Of a stretch of DNA of 64,000 nt, positions 14,061-26,652 are shown one piece after another. A program made the position numbers and the translations under genes. The stretch is taken from contig JAPETS010000001.1 in assembly GCA_026023565.1 (NCBI GenBank), positions 1,550,001-1,614,000 on the forward strand, given 5' to 3'. How positions within the stretch are numbered: position 1 is the stretch's first letter; every line of letters starts with the position of its first letter. The notes beneath the pieces are model-generated. The model was not told the origin of the DNA and ran no database searches. It saw nothing but the letters and a program-made list of their open reading frames with translations. The stretch is from Cirrosporium novae-zelandiae (taxonomy: Eukaryota).

Positions 14061-14924
14061 ATGAAAGCATGTGAAACCCTCAAACCTACCCTCAACCCTA
14101 TCATCATCCCAATCCGCATAAGAGCAATTAGTCTCTGCCGCTCCGACCTTGACACTCGACATGGATAATCCTCTAGATACAGGCCCTTATACTACGGCCT
14201 TTTCCACATGCTACACATTAGGCCACGGGATTGCTAGCTACATTGGGAGGTAGGAAATGGGACTGACGGTGTAGAGGAAAGGGAACCCGTGCTGGCGTAC
14301 CATTTATGGTGCTATCGTCACTATGGATTTTGCCTACGGGGGATTGAAAACGGTAGTTCTACCTAGAAGAGCAGCATCGTCTCCCCAAGGCAAAAGGTTG
14401 TGAGTCTCGACAGGGATACGGATCCCACGCCGATGGCCCTGCTCACGGATGCCGACGTCACGGGGTACCCTAGCGTTAAAATCTTTGTCGATCGATTGTA
14501 CTCGGAGTCCACTACCGTCATCATCGGCATCAGCGGGGCGGTGGCGTTCCCTGTCCCATTCACCAGGTTGTTGATCCGGGTGCCAAGGAGCTTATCTTAT
14601 CGGGCATGGATGCTATTATCGATCGTGTGGAACTGATCAGACGTTCTTGCGTGCGACACAAATTTCTAAATATAATGGGGATATCTATTTTATGGGTACG
14701 GAGAGCGGTACCGTGAGCATGGGGTGGGGGTTCCTGCCCTTCAGGGCGGGTTCATGATTAGTGTAGGAAGTACGAGGAGCGACTTGATGGAGGCTGTGCA
14801 GTTGGTTCGGATGGGGAAATTGAGGATCTGGAGGAAGGAGTTTGGGTTTTTGAGGATTAGAAAAGCGTGTAAGGCTCCCAGCAAGGGGAAGATTAGGGGA
14901 ACAGCAGCTATTTGTTTCGATTGA
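14061..14924 (+). pseudogene. Decayed zinc-dependent alcohol dehydrogenase (MDR superfamily, ADH-A/arabinose-DH-like type)
   Basis: Collinear motif remnants across shifting frames: MKA...IRIRAISLCRSDL (catalytic Cys, 14136); TLGHGIA (GHE motif, 14221); EVGNGTDGVEEREPVLAYHLWCYRHYGFCLRG (structural Zn lobe); DPTPMALLTDADVTGYPSVK...TVIIGISG (Rossmann start); GMDAIIDRV/TDQTF; GWGFLPF; GSTRSDLMEAVQLVRMGKL...GKIRG. Several stops and frameshifts. Confidence 0.85.
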
Positions 14925-15603
14925 GTAGCTAAGTACAGGGGAGGGAAGGATAATTACTGACCGGCGACTAAATTCTCATTGTATATAACTAATAGGATTT
15001 CCAACCACTCTCTCGCAATACGTCCTTCAATGGTGTTCTAGCTCTACGCATATCTGCTTCGCTACCGGAATTCTTTTATCTACCTAGAAGAGATAGGATA
15101 TTCAAATATGCCATGTTTTGCGAAGGTCGAATATTTTTGTTGGTAGTTGATGAAAAATCTGCCTCGTATTTTGAAGATTAGATCCGTTACTTAATAGGCG
15201 GAAATGAACGAAGAGAGATATGACTACTTTCTTCAAGGGAAACAAAGTTGAATCAAAACTTTCCAATACGAATTGGGCGGATTCTATCTTCCATGAAACT
15301 CTTCAACGTCTTAGGCGCCTGGGTGCTTCGACGCTTAGGTGAGAGGACAAAGTATTAAGAATCTGGTCCTTGCAAGTTGATGTGCCCCAAAGAAACAGAG
15401 AAGGAAAGTAGCATGAGTAGACATGCGGAACACGGAACAAGACGTAGAAGTTGAGACCGATCTCCGTGATAAGAGGCCGATTCCACGGAATCCTCCATAC
15501 GTCACCCAATCTTGACAGCCCCTCTTAATGCACCGATAAATACACCTCGATTGTGCATTGTGGAATAGCAAATTTGTTCTCAAGGCAATCTGAGGGCTCA
15601 ACG

Positions 15604-17035
15604 ATGGCTTCAACAAAAATAATTACAGACACTCCAGGTGTCATTCGACTTCAACAGGGAATTACTCGAAAGGTCAAGCCCGCGCAATCTGGAGGGTTCA
15701 AAGAAATTCCTATAATTGATGTCTCCGGTATGTATAGTGATCATTTAGCAGACCGGATAAAGGTTGCAGGTGCGGTTCGCGACGCATGCACCAGAGTAGG
15801 GTTCATGCAAATAAGGAATCATGGGATTGACTGGAAGATCGTTGAGACAGCATTTGAGGGAGCAAAGCGGTTTTTTGATCTTCCCATGGAGAAAAAGATG
15901 GAAGTTTATCAACATAAGAATAGGCATTTCCATGGGTATGAGCCTCTGTATGAGACAAACTTGAATAAGCTCAAGCGTGGTGGTTAGTTGTTTCAGTTAT
16001 TACTTTTCACATGTCCCAAACATGCATGGGTACAGTAGAATTTTGCGGATGCGCAGGCCTGGGATGCCCATGAGACAATTCCCCTTCACTGGATGTGCTG
16101 ACTCCAATGAAATATAGACTGCAAAGAAGCTTTCTCATGGGGATATACACCTGAAGACGATCCTCAGAAGGTTCCGAACATGCCGGACCTCCTTATTCGA
16201 ACCAGCATATGGCCAGACGAAGAAACTCTGTCTGGGTTTCGAGGGCAGATGGTGCCTTATCAGCAAGCACTAATCACATTCTCTCGAAAATTCATCCGAA
16301 TCTTTGCACTTGCGTTACACCTACCAGAAGATTATTTCGACAAGAAAGTAACATATCCAATGGCTGGGGTGCGGTCCCTTCACTATCCTCCGATGACTGG
16401 CTCGGACGATGAGGAAACGGGGCTTGGTGCTCATACCGATATCGAATGTAAGATAGGCTATCCTGAGCCGTTCACACTAGTACCAGACTATTACAAGATT
16501 CAGCGCCCGCTTTCAGTGACTCCGTGCTAAATCTATTAACTTTTTCAAACTAACGAATAAACAGTTTTCACTATTATTGCCCAAACACCCTCGAAATATC
16601 CGGCACTGAAAGTGTTGAATGCAGAAGGTGAATGGGTCAGCGTTGTTCCATCCTCCGAGTGTTTCGTCGTCAACATCGCAGATATGATGATGCGAATGAC
16701 GAACGATACATTTCTCTCAACAGTTCACCGAGTCGAAAATAAGGGGGACATAGACCGCTATTCTCTGCCGTTCTTCTTTGGAGTTAATGCAGATGAGCTT
16801 ATCGAGGTTTTGCCGACCACAATTACAGACGAGAATCAGAAGAAATATGAGCCAATGACAACACTTGAGGTTTGAATGTCCACTTCTTAGAACTCTGGGT
16901 TTTGCTAACAAGGCTTAGCATTCGAGCCGAAGGCTAAGGATTGCGCGACACAAACATCCAAACGCAAAGAACATGCTGGAGGCTTTGCCGAAAGAAATGA
17001 TATTAAAAGATGGAGTTCCTGTTTACAGTAACTGA
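15604..17035 (+). CDS. 2-oxoglutarate/Fe(II)-dependent dioxygenase (DIOX_N + 2OG-FeII_Oxy, IPNS-like), 4 exons
   Basis: IPIIDVS...ACTRVGFMQIRNHGI; LHYPP; GAHTD (HxD); STVHRV (distal His); RYSLPFF (RxS). Introns 15983-16117, 16448-16564 and 16870-16918. Confidence 0.93.
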
Positions 17036-17485
17036 ATTCAGCACTCATTTTGGCTCATTTATGAAAATAAAATAGGATGAAGACCTCCCCCATATAAGTA
17101 CTATCGTAAGACCACCAGTAGATCCTCATAGAACGGCTTTAGATATTAGTAGATGATGGATGTAATTAGTAAATAATTTTCGGGCCTCGGGGTCGTTAAA
17201 ATAAGGTCGGTGTGTTAATAAAATAGATTGAAGTTAGAGTATTTGTCATCTTACATTACCTTCCTTGTCTCAAAGCCTAGGCTGTAAATAAAGTAACGAT
17301 ACCAACAAGATTCCCACAGAGTTGAGGAGTTGATATATCTAAGTACTTATTTAATTGAGTTGGGGTTTTTTCTTGATGTATGGGCTGATTTCTCATTTCC
17401 ATCACTTCCCTTCAAATAGCTGTCGCCGTACTCAGCCACTGCGATTCCTTTACAAAATCCAATCCGAGATGGGACTACTGCATTA

Positions 17486-20168
17486 ATGGATGCACCACGT
17501 GGGACTTTCATCATCGTGCTCCTTCTCTTCATTATCCTGTCGCCAAATACACAGCAGCCTACAGTGAGCCAACAAAACGAATTCATACACCTAATAGAGG
17601 AGGAAAAATATGCCCTCCAGGTGCTCAACACTTCTCGCTATGGAGACTTCGATCCTTCGCATAACAGATGGCTCAATATATCGGGACTTCAAGAGAATGA
17701 CACCTATGCATGGGATATACTGCCTCGCGTGAAGAGGAAAGCAACAGAACAGTTGCAGGGATTGCTAGGTAACCCAGGGCTAAAGAAACTTGAAGGAAAG
17801 ATCGCCGTTGATGGAACACAACTTGAACATATGGAAAATCCAGGATCTCTTAAAGCAAACTCATCGCACACGCTAGATGGGACCCATGACCACATTCCCT
17901 TGTATCGCAATGTATCCGGAATTATTCGAGGAGAGTGGCTTCGGTCAAAAGGCTTTGAGGATATCAGATCTCCCTCATTGAACCTCTCGAATATTGCTCC
18001 TGATATCATCTTTGCAATTCACGAGTATGATCGCAACATTACTGGGGCGGGTGGAAAACTAAGAATCAATTTCGACGAAAAGGAACATACAAGCCAGATT
18101 ATATCTACCGAAGAAGGCTCCGTCCGAGAGATCCATGCAATCCTAATAATCCAGGATGAAACCTCCAATGGCGATGGGTGGGAGATGACAATGCATGGTG
18201 TACATTTTCCAGAGTTTGGAGAGATTATTCTTACCACAAGCAGCGAAAAGTGAGTCTTGAACCTTCCATTCGCCTTTACTAGCTTTTTGGTGTATTCCTT
18301 CATTACCTAGAGATGCTGTCTCCCACCATCCCTTCATCCTTTCAGTGTTATGTACTTCAGGTTTATATTCAACTTCATTAATCTGATGTATATCGAACCT
18401 AGAGCTAAGTGCTAATTCGGACAGATTTGCGGGGATATTTTCCCTACCGCACCTGACCCTTTCGAAATCAACTTTCTCTCTCACACAAAGCTTACTCAAT
18501 CGAACCATAAATAGGACTATCAAAAGGCAAGAATCTAGTGGTTCCTTTGCTTATCCTTGGTCGTCTTCTCCAAACAATCCCTCGGATATCTTTTTCCCTG
18601 TCCCTCATTGCGAATTTGTGGTTTACCTACAACAGCATCCAATGAGCTTCGTGGGAGGCAACAACGCATATCTCGAGGAAAGTTCAGATACTCTACAAAT
18701 GATTGAGGACGAACTCCAATACCCCTTAGGAGCCCCTATTCCAAGTCCTCTCCCAATGACTATGTCTGCTGTAATATTTTCCCCGGATTGCGGCTTTGTA
18801 CTCGAAACTAAGGGTCCTCCTGAATATGCGCCTACAGAGGGCAGTCATTTGGTCGGGCCTAAAGTAGAAGTATACATCAAACTAACCCGAAGAGCCGTGC
18901 TAGCGTTTTCCGGTATTCTTTCGGCGCAGTTGTACCTACTCATGAGACAAATGAAGGATGCATCGACTCCGTCAACTAAAAGTCGTATTAGTTTTTACTC
19001 TATAGCCATCATGTCAATGGGGGATGGATTTGCCTGCTTGACCTTTCTTGTCACGGGGCTGTTCTTTGATTCCATGTCACTTGCGTTCATGGCTACCTCC
19101 TTCGTTGCTTTCTTTTGTGTCAGCTTTCTTGGGATGAAATTCTTGATGGATATATGGACAGTGCAAGCACCGGAGAGAGATCCACGACCTAACCGGAACA
19201 ATACAAGAACAAACACGAATTCAAATCGCGATAATGAAATACCAGAAACAAATACCAGCACCACCACAGACAGTCTGCCGGCCCCGGTCACGGCAACAAG
19301 ACTTGCTGAAACTGGTGCAGCCCTCACGGTACCACCTCCAGGTCAAAATATCGATGCTACTATTGCTCAAGACCAAACAGCTACTCAAACTATGCCTCAG
19401 AATGCTTTAGGAACCGCTCGTCGAGAATTCACAACCATGTATGCTCGATTCTACCTTCTACTAATTGGCATCATATTTTTATCTTTATGGGCTGGGTCTT
19501 GGCCCACAGCACTACGGTCGATTTACACCAACGTTCTTGCCTTCATCTATCTGTCCTTTTGGGTTCCACAAATCTACCGTAACATTATACGTAACTGCCG
19601 CAAAGCTTTGCGCTGGGAGTTTGTCATGGGCCAAAGCTGCCTCAGACTTTCCCCTATTCTATACTTCTACTTGATACCTGGTAATATTCTTCTTATTGAA
19701 TCGGATGCGAACGCCGCGCTTGCGCTTGTTGGATGGCTATGGATTCAGATTTGCATTTTGTATAGTCATGAAATTATTGGTCCTCGATTCTTTATACCTT
19801 TTGGTTGGGCACCTCCAGCTTATGACTATCATCCGATACTACGTGAAGAGGATGAGGAATCTGGCGTGTTGATGCCTATTGGTTTCACACAAGCTACAGC
19901 TAATCTATCTGATTCTGAAAGCACTGAGGATGGAACGACTAGAGATCATACCTTCGACTGTGCAATTTGCATGCAAGATATAGAAGTTCCTATTCTCTCA
20001 AAATCTTCTTCAAGCGATGCTACAGCAAGCCTCGCAAGTCATTTGCTCAGTCGGAGAAGTTATATGGTCACTCCTTGCCGACATATTTTCCATACCCCCT
20101 GCTTGGAAGGTTGGATGAAATTCCGACTTCAATGCCCGGTTTGCCGTGAGACTTTACCGCCTCTCTAA
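17486..20168 (+). CDS. TUL1: DSC complex transmembrane RING E3 ubiquitin ligase Tul1/Dsc1
   Basis: Signal peptide, luminal domain, TM block with STPSTKSRISFYSI and SFWVPQIYRN, C-terminal RING-H2 CAICM...PCRHIFHTPCLEGWM...CPVCR. Intron 18250-18424. Confidence 0.93.
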
Positions 20169-21034
20169 TGCCTAATCTCTTTTCATGGAATGGCCTTTCG
20201 GGTCTCTTGTACCCTAGAAAATGTCACATGGGCAGTAGTACATGATACTTAAATGAGTCTGAAGTAGTTAGTCTGTGGACCAAGCTACGACTCATGGGCC
20301 ATTTCTACATATATAAAAAATAGGTTCACTATTCTTAGCAAGCAATATTTATACTATGGTCAGCCGACTATTGCATATTGTTTAAGGTGAAATTTTCTTG
20401 AACCACAAAGTCAATAACTAGCTAATGGTAGGATAGATATCCAAATATAATTATTTTTCGATAGTCAAGGCTCAGAGGATAATTGGCATACAAATACTCC
20501 ATCAGATCCGCATTTAATCTTTAAACTCTTATTCCGTACCCAGCCATTATTAGTCTTCATAGTTCGCAAAACCAAGAACAAGGCTATAGTGCACAACTCA
20601 AATCTCAAGATTGACGTCCAATAGGGTCTTGCGGAACAAATAATTGGATTGTTTTTATAAGCATCAGAAGCTTGTGCCCCCGGGATAGTAGATTAAGGGG
20701 AGGGGGGGGTTCGAATGTAGATACTATCTGGACCTGGAGATTTTAGACTCTAGCGGAGAGAGAAATGCTATGTAACCCAAAAAATGCCATCCAGGTGGTT
20801 AGAAGAGTTTCGGGAAATATATCGATACACTTGTTAAGAAGACTACTGGCCTGAAGTGTTACTTCAGGGAGGACCGTTGTCTGCTGATTCCAAAACTCCA
20901 GCAAACACTGATCTGTATCATGATGTTAAACGTCCAATCCAAACACACCTATATGCCAGCTCTTGTTGCATCCCAAAAGCAAATTTGTACGTAGAAGATC
21001 TATGAAATAGCACCACCATATCTCTTATTGCGGT

Positions 21035-21691
21035 CTACTCCTCTTCTTCAATGAAAGCCTTGTATTCCTCCATAGACTTTAGGTTATCTAACTCAGCTTT
21101 GTCTGTTATAGCCAACTTCGCGACCCACCCATCGCCTTCTGGGGATTTATTGATCGTGCCAGGCTTCGACTCCAAGACGTTATTGGTCTCAATGACTTTG
21201 CCACTAACGGGTGACATGATATCGGAAGCAGACTTGACGGACTCAACAGCGCCCATTGTATCACCTGCTTTCACCTCCAAGTCTGCAGTAGGTAGTTCAA
21301 CGAATACGACATCTCCAAGAGCATTGGCTGCATATTCAGTAATGCCAATAGTGCCTAGAGTCTCGTATTAGCATTTGTCTTGGGTAGGTGAGTCATAAAA
21401 CCGATATTTACCAGTAGTACCATCCTCAGATAATTCAATCCATTCGTGGTCCTCAGTATATTTTTTCACCTGCCCTAGTATTCCAGTTGTGTCAGTTCGG
21501 AGACATGGAAATCATGCGATATTTCAGAACGCACATGCGGTAGCAGCCGTAAAGCTTCTTAAGGGCTGTGTTCGTTCAATTGCATGGCGGACAGGACTTC
21601 TTATACTTCCTCCACGTAGCCGTAGCACTGGAACTGAAGCAAACCGAGATGCCAGCTGCACTGGACGAGCAATTCGAGCGATTGTTGCCAT
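21035..21691 (-). CDS. GCV3: Glycine cleavage system H protein, mitochondrial, 3 exons
   Basis: Lipoyl-Lys motif AVESVKSASDI; KKYTEDHEWI; GITEYAANALGDVVFVELP; Arg-rich targeting peptide MATIARIARP. Confidence 0.95.
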
Positions 21692-21828
21692 TTTTTTTGG
21701 TCCTTATCTGCTTGTGCGATCTTCTGGCGGACTCGGACCACAATGGTGGACGATATCGGTGTGAAATTAGAGCTCCGCTCAGGCTAAACCTAAATTGAAG
21801 CTATGATGAGATACAACTTCACGATTCT

Positions 21829-21842
21829 ACGCGAAAACGCGA
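21829..21842. promoter_or_regulatory. Tandem MCB/SCB-like elements ACGCGAAAACGCGA in the GCV3-ELG1 divergent promoter
   Basis: Two ACGCGA cores about 290 bp upstream of the ELG1 ATG. Confidence 0.5.
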
Positions 21843-22132
21843 CATCCATAATTGGTAAAGAGGCCCAGCCTTATGAAAGTCAAGTTGCAGGTTACAAGTC
21901 GACAATTCAAGCTAAATTCATTTTCCACGCTCCCTCACTTATACATTTATATTTTCAACTTTAAAATCTACATTAACGAGAATTTTAACTCCCAATCCCC
22001 GTGACATAAATCTTAATCTCTTACAAAGGTGGCCAACTTCCTTAGTTTCAATTCCATTGCGCCAGACTCCTTATGCCCTTTACCGGATGACAGCTAAGTT
22101 CGGGATCTGGAGAGCCCCCCAAAAAGGGCCGT

Positions 22133-25100
22133 ATGGCGGTTGCGTCGTCTCATGGCCAGGGAGGAATGACTGGAATAGTCCACCCTTTTTTTACTCAAAA
22201 AACCGGTAAGTTAAAGGCTTTCAAGGGCATACCAATATCTCACTCACTTAGCTAAACAGCCCAACCAGAATCCCAGAATCCTAAACAAACTCAAGCCAAT
22301 TCACCCCCACAATCATCTCAAGAGACGCAATCCCGGAACCAACCTCGACTTTCTTCCAAACATTCCAGCCAAACACAGCAGATCCAAGCTATATCCTCAT
22401 GTGCCGATGAGAAAGTAACTGGGATGATGTTAAACGACCCGCAAAATGCAACTAATTTACATCTGGAGAAAGGAACTACGGCTAAAAAAATATCTACTGA
22501 GGGAACGTCAAGTTTAGATATCTCAAATGGCGATCAGGATGCTCTGGAGCATGCAGGTCCCCCGAGAAAGCGCCGGAAAACTACCCTACGGAAAGGCAAG
22601 GCATTGAAGGAGGAAATTAGTGAGAAGAATAATTACAACTGGCACCAGCAACTATTATTTGCGGCTCAACCTCCTATGAAGTCTGGTAGATCACAGGAAG
22701 AACCATCCTCTGGAGAACAGACAGCCTCAGCCCTTATTGACAAAGTTCCCAAAGTTATATCCCTTCAGTCTATACCGAAAAATTCGAGTTCTTCCCCATC
22801 ATCACTACCCTCACAATCAACAAACGGGAATGCCCCTAGGCAGGATGAGCTAGGACTGAGAACTCAAGACATCGGAGAGGACATCAACGATCAACGTGAA
22901 CAATATGAGGAGCCTCCAAAGAAAATCCTCAAGTTAAATGGAAGAGGGACTCTCGGTTCCCCAACGCCTAAACGACATGCGGAGGCAAAGTACAAGGGGT
23001 CCAGGACCTCAAAGAACAAGCAAAACATCACTGATGGTGGATCAGACAGGAAATATATGACGATAATAAAATATGGATCCGATAAAGCCTCCCGAGAAGT
23101 TCTAGCTACAAGGATCGAGGCAATATTGAACGGGTCATTAGCGCCAAACAATTCCAAAGGGTCCCTAGATGTTCAGGTCAAGCCATTAGGACCATCAAAA
23201 GCAACCCATCCCTTCTTTCTTGGAAAATTGACTCGAAAGCCCCAACTAAATCCTGTGCTAACATCAAAACCGAATATGTCCTCAGATTCTGCAGGGCAGC
23301 TGAATATGAACCCTACAAAGTCTACAATTAATCCATCCAGGGGAGAATTTCTTTCTCAGAAATCTACTACATCTAATGGTTTTAATAGCAGCGTTCACAA
23401 ATTTGGGGACAAAAGGATAGCCAAATTTCCTGGGGCTGTGGGTCCCTTGTGGCCTCCCCGAGACATGATGCACATCCGTGGTGTAACCTCTAACACCCCT
23501 TTAAATATTTCACCTAGGTTCGCTCTAAACTTCAGACATGGGCGATTGAAGCAAAAGGAATACAAGTTACAAATCTTACCAAACGAGGATATTTTATCTC
23601 ATGTTACCCATGGTCTCTCTGCAGTAAGGTGTGACATGAGTTCTAAGGAACTTGGTCCTCCTCCCAAATCAATTGTTTTGAGAATTCCGGAACGCCGCGT
23701 TCTTACGGGAAATGAAATTTACCGGGCAGTGTGCAGTCGACTTTCACCAAAATCACGCCGAGCTTTAGTGGGACAGGGTGTAGAAGGAGATGAGGATGAA
23801 ACCCAGGCGCCTCAAAGGGTTAAGAAAACGATTCATGGATGCTTATCTCGCATAAGTCTAGACTTTAGCGACTACTTGTGTCCCTTCGATACTGGAATGT
23901 GTGAATCAATGTCATGGACCCATAAATATTCGCCTGTGTCTGCAGAGGAAGTATTACAACTAGGTCCAGAGGCCATCATCCTGAGAGATTGGCTTCGGCA
24001 ACTCACCGTTACCCTCGTTGAATCAACCGCTGATGGCGGGCGAAATTCATCAAAAACCCGCAGCAAGAAGCCTGAAGCATCAAGAGGGAAGAAAAAGCGC
24101 CGCAAGAAGAGTGAACTTAGTGCTTTCATCATCAATAGCGATGAGGAGGCTGATGAAATGGATGAATTAACCGACCCAGAAGATTTTAGTTTTTCTGGTT
24201 CTCATGATCCCTCGTTGAAACGAACTGTTATACGATCAGGAGATCTACTTGAACATCCCAAGAACAGAAAGAATACGGGCAAGATGACTAACGCAATCCT
24301 CATCAGTGGACCTTCCGGGTGTGGAAAGACTGCTGCAGTGTATGCAGTGGCGAAGGAAATGGACTTTGAGGTGTTCGAAATCAATCCAGGTGGCCGCCGC
24401 AGTGGTAGAGACATCCTAGAAAAGGTTGGCGATATGACAAAAAATCACTTAGTAAATTGTCCGAACCACTCACAAGATTCCTCAAACATGTCTTTGATCG
24501 ATGAAGTTGCCACAAAGATGGAAATTGAATCAGGAAAGCAGGGAAGAATGGATACCTTTTTCAAGCTACAAGAATCCCGCACCAACGCGATACCAATTAA
24601 AATGTCTAAACGGAAGAAAGGCACAAAGCCCAAAGAGGCGGACAAGCCAAAACGGCAGCAACCTAAACAATCGCTAATCTTACTAGAAGAAGTTGATATA
24701 CTCTTCGAAGAAGATAAACAATTCTGGCCGACAGTACTTGCGTTGATTCAACAGTCGAAAAGGCCTGTAATCATGACTTGCAATGATGAAAGTTTGATTC
24801 CGATGGGGGACCTTTCTCTACATGCCATCTTACGGTTCTCGCCCCCGCCAGAAGCCCTTGTTGTCGATTACTTACTCCTAATGGCTGGAAAAGAAGGTCA
24901 CATTTTACAGCGGCGCTCGGTTGAGGCTCTTTATCGAGCGAAATCCAGTGATCTTCGTGCTTCAATTGCAGAGCTAGATTTCTGGTGTCAATTGGCAGTC
25001 GGGGACACCAAAGGTGGTCTTGAGTGGATGCTAGACCGATGGCCACCAGGGAAAGACTTAAATGAGAAGGGAGAGAGATTACGGACTACAAGTACCGATA

Positions 25101-26166
25101 CGTATCAACCTGGCATGGGTTGGCTAGGCCGAGACTTCCTTATTGATAATAATGGTGGGGTAACGAGTCAAGTGGACGAGCTACTACTTGAAGGATTGGA
25201 TTTTTGGCGTTTTGATCTTGAAGACTTCCACGATGCCCTACATTTAGACGAGGACGCCCCAACTAGTGACTGTATAGTGTCACCAGAGGAACGTCTCCGA
25301 AAACTTGAAGACTTTTCTCTAGGTAGTGAGGTTTTGAGCGCATCCGATATATTTTCTTTGTCAACGTTCAGGGATGAAAATGAGGTACGTTCTCGAGAAC
25401 TCTGAACATTGGCTATTTTTGCTAGTATACTGATAAAATACAGACGCTGATCGATCCTACTTTGCCTACGCTTTCTGAGAGAGCTCTCCTAAGCTTTCCT
25501 GAAGGTCGTCCATTGCTCCAAGCTGATGTTTGCCCCAAATACACGACATGTAGTGCGCAAATGACTTCAGCTTCATTCTCCGGAGCAGCATTAGTCATAA
25601 ATACCCAAATTCGAAAACCAATGTCAACCGACGTAGAAGAAGATGCTGCTCGAACTGTTATGAAGTTGCGCGGACAACCTTTGAAGCAGGGCAAATTGAC
25701 ACGCGCTCGTATATCTACCGCCTTTGATGCTATCGCCGAGCCCCCACAGCAATTCCCTTCCCCAAGCTCAGGACGGCATCCCAATGCGATTGACCAAAAT
25801 TTGGCGGTACTGACTGAAGATGTAGCTCCCTTCGTGCGATCGATTGTGGCTTTTGATATTCACCTCGAAGAGGAAAGATTACGGCTCAGTAATCTTTTAT
25901 CCCAGGGAGGTCAAGGCACCATAAGGAAAATACGAACGACACGAGCCAGCAGGGCGGCACTAGAAGGAGGAAGCAAAGCAAGGACTAGACGGGAAAGATG
26001 GTTCTCAAAGCGGGTTAACCCAGCTACTGTTCTTAAAACTGGGGGTTCACAATGGCAGGAAGCCGTTTCACAACTAAAAGATTGGAAAGACAATAGCGAT
26101 GACGAAGAAGATGAATTGCAGAGCTCTACGCCAACCAGTTCAGGTACCAGCGCATCATCCTTCTGA
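22133..26166 (+). CDS. ELG1: Elg1/ATAD5 RFC-like AAA+ PCNA unloader, 3 exons
   Basis: Two HPFF motifs, SWTHKYSP, Walker A GPSGCGKT, FEINPGGRRSG, Walker B LILLEEVD, C-terminal RTTRASRAALEGG. Introns ~22206-22259 and 25385-25443. Start codon inferred. Confidence 0.92.
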
Positions 26167-26652
26167 GGACTTGATTGATAGTCGGGGTGTTGGACAAGGG
26201 AATTACTTGATGAGCATGAAAATCGTTGAGCGGTCATTTGCTGGCATCTACACAAACTTGATGTGTATTGGTTTTAACGTTTTGGAAATTTGGCATGCAT
26301 ATACCTACGAGCTTTTATCTAAAGCAGCACTATTTTAACATTGAGAGAAAATATAGATTAATTATATATTATAAAGTGCAAGTACACATCATATTAATAT
26401 TCACACACCTCTATGTGGTCGATTACGTAGCTGTAACTTGTAAGAAGCACACCCATGCTATCTTGCCCAAAGTTGCCTTGCCCAAAACAAGCTTGTTATC
26501 AAGAAACGGCGTAACATGTTAACCTCCATGACACGTCCGGATCAGTGGTGCCATTAAGGTCAATGACATCGAAAATCCAACTCCGGTTTATTGTCATCTG
26601 TTGTATGGTTTGATCTGACGTCCATCACCAATACTAGAGGCTTCCTGTCAAA

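Noticed and set aside
13814..14155. 113-aa minus-strand ORF
   Set aside because: AT-rich, starts at a non-ATG codon, has no motif, and partly overlaps the ADH relic in antisense.
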